A DNA stretch of 32,000 nt from positions 1 to 32,000 of the forward strand of contig JAWOFX010000080.1 of assembly GCA_046497275.1 (NCBI GenBank), written 5' to 3'. Within the stretch, counting starts at the first letter, position 1; every line of letters starts with the position of its first letter. This document shows, piece by piece, positions 26,738 through 32,000 of this stretch. The DNA comes from Promethearchaeia archaeon (GTDB lineage: Archaea > Asgardarchaeota > Lokiarchaeia > Sigyniarchaeales > SOKP01). Both the position numbers and the translations under genes were made by a program. The notes below the pieces were generated by a model. That model searched no databases. It had not been told where the DNA came from and saw only the letters and a program-made list of their open reading frames with translations.

Positions 26738-27644
26738 TATAACTTTTACTTTTTTTTGTAGTTTTCAATTTCTGATTTTTCACGTGCTCTAATTCTTCTT
26801 TTGTGACTCCTAAATATTCTGCAGCCTTTCTTGAAAATGCTCTTCTTAAAGGGACTCCAAAATAATAATTGTCCCCCTTGAGAATGCTATGTTTAGTTGC
26901 ACCTGCCATTGGTAATAAATAGGAATTATCATTAATCTCTACTCCTGGAGCGATACAGTTTAGAGCAGAAGCGGTCACGTTGTCTCCTGCCCTAATTTTA
27001 AAGTATGCTACGTTACCAAAAGTCCCATCAACAGCGTGAGAACTAAATCCTGAATTCACCCCAATATATGAATTTTCTCCAATCTCGATAAATTTATCTG
27101 CCCCAAATTGTTCTTCTAATGTAGTACCTTTTCCTATCTTATTTGTTCCAACAAAATTATAAAGCCAATTAATCAACCAAGGAAAAGGACCCTTATTAAA
27201 TGCATGCTTTGGATATTTTATGAGAAAACTACGGATATGGTATAAGTTCAATGTTTTACTAGGAATATTTCTGGGAATAATCCCATTCTTGGATGGTCTT
27301 ATCTTTTCTGTAAGTTTCCACCAATATTTAGTTATCAGGGCTACAAAAAATAAATGTATCAAATAACATAGGATAATAATCAATGGTAAAAATATAGAAG
27401 CTAGAAGCGCTCTAATGTCAAGAAATATGGTAATAAAATTATTCGCTTTCAAAAAAAAGGGAATATAAAGGAACATTAAATACAACCAGAGGATAAGTCC
27501 TGGGAAAAACCAAGATATTAGATAAGATGTACCAAATCCTAAAATATACCAATGAAACTGAAGATTTATTTCCGTTTTTTCTACGTCAAGCTTTTTTTTC
27601 TTTTTCTCTTCTGAATTTGTTTTTTTAGTATCATTTTTTAACAT
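26730..27644 (-). CDS. 2-TM + LbH hexapeptide-repeat protein, type C, copy 1 (putative acyltransferase)
   Basis: Two TM helices; GIIPRNIPSKT..LYHIRSFL.KYPK; IGKGTTL, IGENSYIGVNS, SSHAVDG and YYFGVP. Stop overlaps the type B start by 8 nt. Confidence 0.8.
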   Translation of the reverse strand: MLKNDTKKTNSEEKKKKKLDVEKTEINLQFHWYILGFGTSYLISWFFPGLILWLYLMFLYIPFFLKANNFITIFLDIRALLASIFLPLIIILCYLIHLFFVALITKYWWKLTEKIRPSKNGIIPRNIPSKTLNLYHIRSFLIKYPKHAFNKGPFPWLINWLYNFVGTNKIGKGTTLEEQFGADKFIEIGENSYIGVNSGFSSHAVDGTFGNVAYFKIRAGDNVTASALNCIAPGVEINDNSYLLPMAGATKHSILKGDNYYFGVPLRRAFSRKAAEYLGVTKEELEHVKNQKLKTTKKSKSYND

Positions 27645-27707
27645 AAAATATCTCGAGGCTAATTAAGTACATTATTCATTTTTTCTTATAGTTTTTATGT
27701 TAAAGCT

Positions 27708-27720
27708 ATTTATAAGGTTT
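27708..27720 (-). promoter_or_regulatory. Putative BRE/TATA element for LbH cassette copy 1
   Basis: Minus strand AAACCTTATAAAT, about 64 nt upstream of ATG 27644. Confidence 0.3.
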
Positions 27721-27801
27721 ATTTTTATGGATCGAAAAAAGTATTATGAAGATAATTAAAATGCGAAAATAAGATTTAAAATATAAGATTGGATGAAATT
27801 T

Positions 27802-28275
27802 TCATTCAGATTGTTTAATCCACTTTAAAATATCTTCACTCTTTTTAGGAAAGATTTCTTTCAAAATTTCTATTCCAACTTTTTGTACTCTAGAATTCTC
27901 ATCTGAGAGAACAGAACTTTCCAAGATATTAAAAACTTTATCTTTATTCAAATCCAATAATTTCAGAGCTTCTAAACTTAATATTCGTATATCAGGGTCA
28001 TTATTATTCACAATAAAATATTCTAATAAATCTATAGTTTGATCTTCTGTATATTCTTTTGTTGTGAAATAATGATAAACGTCTGCTACGCTTAAGTTTT
28101 TATTCATAAATTCTAATGTATCTTGATATAAAATAGTTTCAAATTCTCCTTGAAAAAAGTAATTGCATTCATGATTTTCAGGTAATCTATGAATATGGCA
28201 ATATGTCTTACCACAATATTTGCATCGGAATGGAATTTTTTGGATTTCCTTATTGCAGTAGAAGCATTTTGTCAT
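27802..28275 (-). CDS. AN1-type zinc finger fused to a HEAT-like helical module
   Basis: C-x2-C-x9-C-x2-C-x4-C-x2-H-x5-H-x-C (CFYC...CKYC...CHIHRLPENHEC). C-terminal DPDIRILSLEAL...DENSRVQKVGIEIL HEAT-like pair. Confidence 0.82.
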   Translation of the reverse strand: MTKCFYCNKEIQKIPFRCKYCGKTYCHIHRLPENHECNYFFQGEFETILYQDTLEFMNKNLSVADVYHYFTTKEYTEDQTIDLLEYFIVNNNDPDIRILSLEALKLLDLNKDKVFNILESSVLSDENSRVQKVGIEILKEIFPKKSEDILKWIKQSE

Positions 28276-28381
28276 TTCAAATCTTGAATAACATGAATCA
28301 ATATTTCTTTTTATTGTTATAAGTTATGATTATCCTTTATTTAATACAAACGAACTTGGGAAAAAACCTAAACGATTAAAT

Positions 28382-29269
28382 CTAATCTTCTCTCTCATGA
28401 CGCGGTTTTAGTTGCTCAATATAAGAAACATGCTCCTCTTGATGTTTTCTGTAATATTTTTTGTACACTTCTTCCAATCTTTCCTCTGTTTCTGCTCTAA
28501 ATTGAATTTTATCTTCTAAACCATCTTCAAAAAAGCGATTCTTTTTAAATTTTTTTGCGGGACAACCATGATAAATCCACCCTTCTTCTAACTCTTGACC
28601 TATAGTGGTAAGGGACCAAGTACTTAAAGCAACCTTTTTTCCTATATGAGTTCCCGGCATAACAACAGAATGTGTTCCGATTCTGACATCATCCTCAATA
28701 ATAGTTTTACGAATAATCAGTAAATTCCCCATAATTACAGCCGATTGAATGTGTGATCCTTGACCTACAACAACATTCTCTCCGAATTCGATAAATTCTG
28801 TATCTACCCATCCTTCAAAAAGAGAATTTGAAAATTTTGTTTTGACTCCAAACATTTTAAAGCAAAGATTATCTAAAAAGGGAAAAGGAAATTTATGAGC
28901 TAACCACACTGGCCATCTTTTTATTGTATTTCGAATGCACCAATAACAATAATCTTTATCATTTCTATCTCGTAAAAATGTACCTTCTTTTGGTTTATGA
29001 AGAGTATTAACGATACTTAAAAGGAATCTTGCTAAAATTAATGAGATTAATACTAATTCCACATAGCAGAGAAAAGCAAATAATGGTAAATATATATAAA
29101 AATGAATAGGTCTATTATAATCCCATGTTAATTGCCAATATCCCCAGAATTGAAGCATAATTGGAATAATTGTTGCCCAAATTAAAAAAATATAAAGCAA
29201 TAGATATCTTTTCTTAGGTAATTCTGTAGGAGCAAACGGTCCTACTCTCATACTAGTTGGTACACTCAT
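28382..29269 (-). CDS. 2-TM + LbH hexapeptide-repeat protein, type A, copy 2
   Basis: Shares a 37-aa identical block (HKFPFPFLDNLCFKMFGVKTKFSNSLFEGWVDTEFIE) with type A copy 1, and the same architecture. Confidence 0.8.
   Translation of the reverse strand: MSVPTSMRVGPFAPTELPKKRYLLLYIFLIWATIIPIMLQFWGYWQLTWDYNRPIHFYIYLPLFAFLCYVELVLISLILARFLLSIVNTLHKPKEGTFLRDRNDKDYCYWCIRNTIKRWPVWLAHKFPFPFLDNLCFKMFGVKTKFSNSLFEGWVDTEFIEFGENVVVGQGSHIQSAVIMGNLLIIRKTIIEDDVRIGTHSVVMPGTHIGKKVALSTWSLTTIGQELEEGWIYHGCPAKKFKKNRFFEDGLEDKIQFRAETEERLEEVYKKYYRKHQEEHVSYIEQLKPRHERED
28791..28897. repeat. 107-bp near-identical repeat, copy 2 (partner 25336-25442)
   Basis: Manual alignment gives 104/107 identity; the first 53 nt are identical. 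Confidence 0.9.
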
Positions 29270-29285
29270 TTGATTATCACATCGG

Positions 29286-30155
29286 TTACACTAAATCTTT
29301 CTTATCTTCTTCTATATTCACTTCTTTTTTAATTTCTATTTTTTCTTCTTCATCAATTTTCTTTTTAATAATAATATCTCGTGTTTTAATCGCATGTTCA
29401 TTAGGTTTTAACTTTCGAGCAGGAATTCCAGCATAAATCCACCCTGGACTCAATATTTGATTAAATGCAGTACTACCGGCAGCGCCTATAACGGATTCTT
29501 CCCCTAAAATTGTTCCTGGAGCAACCGTTGATTGCCCCCCAACCACTGTGTGGTTATCTAAAATTACTTCCTTAATTATTAAATATTTTCCTACTACCAT
29601 GCTTGACATTACCACTGCACCTTGACCGACCATTACTCCTCTTCCAAATTTAACGAATTCAGCATCACACCAAGCATCAAAGAGATGGCTTGATGTATCT
29701 ATCTCCATCCCGAACCATTTAAAAGCTAATATATCTACCCATGGAAGTGGCCAATTATTAAAAAGCCAAAGCACAAGTTTCTTTATTTCAATTCGTAAAC
29801 ACCAAAATTCAAAATCATTATCACCCAGTTCTGCTTTAAAAATTCCCTCTTTTGGTTTATGTAGAAGATTTACTAATATTAACAATAACTTACTAAAAAT
29901 AACACAGGCGAATGTAAAGATCGTTAACATCGCTAAAATATGTGCTGGAAGAAGAAGGAAGAAGACAATAATTCCGCTCCAATGTGGTTGGTAAAACCAC
30001 CAATATATCAATGTGATCATCCCACTTAACCAAATGATAGGTAAATAGACTAATAAAAATTTTAAATTTATTCGACTAATGGCTGAGGAAGTAATAAAAT
30101 TTACTAAATATTCCTCTTCTTCATCTTGCTCTTCTTTTTTATTATTTTCCTCCAT
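29286..30155 (-). CDS. 2-TM + LbH hexapeptide-repeat protein, type B, copy 2
   Basis: HKPKEGIF..DFEFWCLR, SSHLFDAW, SSMVVGKYLIIK and GWIYAGIPA; colinear with type B copy 1. Confidence 0.8.
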   Translation of the reverse strand: MEENNKKEEQDEEEEYLVNFITSSAISRINLKFLLVYLPIIWLSGMITLIYWWFYQPHWSGIIVFFLLLPAHILAMLTIFTFACVIFSKLLLILVNLLHKPKEGIFKAELGDNDFEFWCLRIEIKKLVLWLFNNWPLPWVDILAFKWFGMEIDTSSHLFDAWCDAEFVKFGRGVMVGQGAVVMSSMVVGKYLIIKEVILDNHTVVGGQSTVAPGTILGEESVIGAAGSTAFNQILSPGWIYAGIPARKLKPNEHAIKTRDIIIKKKIDEEEKIEIKKEVNIEEDKKDLV

Positions 30156-30156
30156 C

Positions 30157-31062
30157 TTAATCGGCTTTTTCTTTTTTTTGTGTTTGTTTTTCTTCTAATT
30201 TTTCGGCTCTTTCAAGATCTTCATCAGTCAAATCTAAGAATTTTTTTAATTTACGTGAAAACAATTTTCGAATAGGCATACCAAAATAATAATATCCTCC
30301 TTTTGCTACTGTAAACTTCAGAGTCGCAGATCCAGGAAAGACATATGAATTATCTCCTAATTCTGTCCCAGGAGCTAAAGGAGATTCAGCACCAACCGTG
30401 CAATTATCCCCTAATTTAACTTTGAAATAGTAAATATTCCCAAAAATTCCCTCTACAAGATGACTTGCTAATGAAGCATTTGGACCAACATAACAGTTCT
30501 TTCCTGTTATTGCAAATCTATCTCCACATACTTCCTCTTCTACGGTAGTTCCTTTTCCATAATCAGTTGATCCTATGAAATTAAACATCCATGTAAAAAG
30601 CCAGGGAAACATACCCTTCATTATAGTGTTTTTTGGATATTTCAATAAAAATGACCGAATATGGTATAATGAAGCAGTTTTACTGGGTATATTTCGTGGA
30701 ATCACCCCATCTTTAGCTGGAGATATTTTTTGGGTAAATCCATACCAAAATTTCGTTACCGCAGCAGCAAAGAAAATATGTAAGAAAGCACATAGTATTA
30801 AAACAATTGGAAAAAATAAGAGAGAAAGCAAAGGTTCTAATTCTGTGAAGATTAAAATAAAATTAGATGTATCTAAAAAATATGGTACAAAAAATAAAAA
30901 TATGTATAAGAAAAATAAAATCCCAGGAATAACCCAAGAAATGAAATAAACAGTGACGAATCCAATAATATACCAATGCCACTTTATTGGCTGTTCTCTC
31001 TTTATTATATCCAGATCCTCATTATTATCTTCTTGCTCTTGATTATTTGAATCTTTTTTCAA
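30157..31062 (-). CDS. 2-TM + LbH hexapeptide-repeat protein, type C, copy 2 (putative acyltransferase)
   Basis: GVIPRNIPSKT..LYHIRSFLLKYPK, ASHLVEG, LGDNCTVG and YYFGMP. TTG start; ends 1 nt before the type B ATG. Confidence 0.8.
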   Translation of the reverse strand: MKKDSNNQEQEDNNEDLDIIKREQPIKWHWYIIGFVTVYFISWVIPGILFFLYIFLFFVPYFLDTSNFILIFTELEPLLSLLFFPIVLILCAFLHIFFAAAVTKFWYGFTQKISPAKDGVIPRNIPSKTASLYHIRSFLLKYPKNTIMKGMFPWLFTWMFNFIGSTDYGKGTTVEEEVCGDRFAITGKNCYVGPNASLASHLVEGIFGNIYYFKVKLGDNCTVGAESPLAPGTELGDNSYVFPGSATLKFTVAKGGYYYFGMPIRKLFSRKLKKFLDLTDEDLERAEKLEEKQTQKKEKAD

Positions 31063-31483
31063 AGAGTCCCATCTCGAAAGAATATTAATTTTTAATTTTT
31101 TTAAAGCGAGATATTATTTTATTGAGCCATATTATAACAGCTTATAGATTACGTGCTTATTTAATAGTAAATTCAATACTCTTAAAAAATTTCTCGATAT
31201 GAAAATCGTTTTTTAATCGACTAATTTCGTTTCCTTTTTTCTTTAAATGTAAATTAAAGCCATATAATTATGCAAAAATATTTTTAATTCAATTTATAGA
31301 ATTTGGAATTCAATGGCAATTGTAAGAATTCTTGAAAAAGAAGAAATATAATGAAATATTTTAATAGTAAATGGATGGACTCTATTTATTGATTAATAAT
31401 AATATATTAATTTAGATAATTCTCATATAAAATATTAAACCAAAATCTAATAATATAGAAAAAGAGTGAAATGAGGAGTTAAT

Positions 31484-32000
31484 TTGACGAATAAATCATT
31501 CTCTCTCGAAGATCTCTATCCTAAATATGTAATAAATAGTAAAGGAGAGAAAATTCCATTCGAGGAGACCAAAATTGCCACCGTTTTAAATAGAGAGACG
31601 GGTCTCGATATGCACATAGCCGAGAGTATAGCCGAGGATGTTTTAAGAAAGGTTATCGGTTTAGGGGTTGATGAAATCACTACTAATCACCTTAGAGAAC
31701 TAGTTTGTGTTGAGCTTACTCAAAGAGGTATGAATAAATATCGAAATCTATTCGCGAGAGCAATCAATTTAGAAAATATTAGTTTTAAGCTAGATGATCA
31801 ATTTATTGAGAAATATAAACATAAACAACCAGATTGGGGTCCTCTCGGACACTTCACTTATAAAAGAACATATGCGAGAATAATTGAGAAGGAAGGGAGA
31901 AAAGAAGAATTCTGGGAAACCATTAGAAGAGTAGTTGAAGGATGCTATTCTATTCAAAAAGAACATTGTATGAAGCTAAGTTTACCTTGGGATACTGAAA
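31484..32000 (+). CDS. nrdJ: Second class II ribonucleotide reductase with N-terminal ATP cone (5' part, truncated by window end; not in ORF track)
   Basis: TTG 31484 after GAGGAG; open frame to the window end. ATP-cone-like YVINSKGEKIPFEETKI..L.RETG...A..IA..V...ITT..LRELV..EL..RG, then SFKL...KQPDWGPLGHFTYKRTYAR...WET..RVVEGC..IQKEH. That stretch is 51/71 aa identical to the N-terminus of the 6829 enzyme. Confidence 0.88.
   Translation, partial: MTNKSFSLEDLYPKYVINSKGEKIPFEETKIATVLNRETGLDMHIAESIAEDVLRKVIGLGVDEITTNHLRELVCVELTQRGMNKYRNLFARAINLENISFKLDDQFIEKYKHKQPDWGPLGHFTYKRTYARIIEKEGRKEEFWETIRRVVEGCYSIQKEHCMKLSLPWDTE

Noticed and set aside
262-30949. Many short track ORFs antisense to or nested in long genes (e.g. 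262-456, 1630-1938, 7041-7610, 10200-10397, 18216-18458, 19832-20410, 23082-23300, 30575-30949)
   Set aside because: They are shadows of well-supported genes, with no motifs and no ribosome-binding sites.
1-32000. CRISPR arrays, tRNA/rRNA genes, transposases and integrases
   Set aside because: No regularly spaced repeats, cloverleaf or GC-rich RNA-like segments, or mobile-element ORFs were seen by eye. Dedicated scans were not possible.

Overview
AT-rich (about 30% GC by eye) prokaryotic chromosomal window. It is most likely from an Asgard archaeon of the Lokiarchaeia type; this is inferred from a stand-alone longin-like gene, an AN1-zinc-finger/HEAT protein, archaeal GGTGA/GGAGG ribosome-binding sites, TATA-like promoters and frequent TTG/GTG starts. 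Gene order: glycyl radical enzyme + activase, MOT1-type anion transporter, longin-like protein, rtcB, class II RNR (nrdJ), LigD 3'-phosphoesterase with an unannotated CPxCG microprotein upstream, triple-BON protein, three TauE/SafE permeases, PolX-PHP, class I FBP aldolase, xth, ppsA, PfkB kinase, two microproteins, DUF6512-like protein, acyl-CoA ligase and DUF1295 protein. These are followed by two copies of a three-gene cassette of 2-TM + left-handed beta-helix (LbH) proteins flanking an AN1-HEAT gene, and finally the start of a second, ATP-cone-bearing nrdJ that runs off the window. The best candidate for an undescribed system is the duplicated C-B-A LbH cassette. It looks like a split, heterotrimeric version of the three-repeat membrane domain of Pls-type (epsilon-poly-L-lysine synthetase) NRPS-like enzymes, and only one subunit keeps the putative catalytic His. 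Also notable: a GRE with GCVG instead of GCxE, two nrdJ paralogues differing by an ATP cone, and a probable gene-conversion tract. No rRNA, tRNA, CRISPR array or mobile element was seen.
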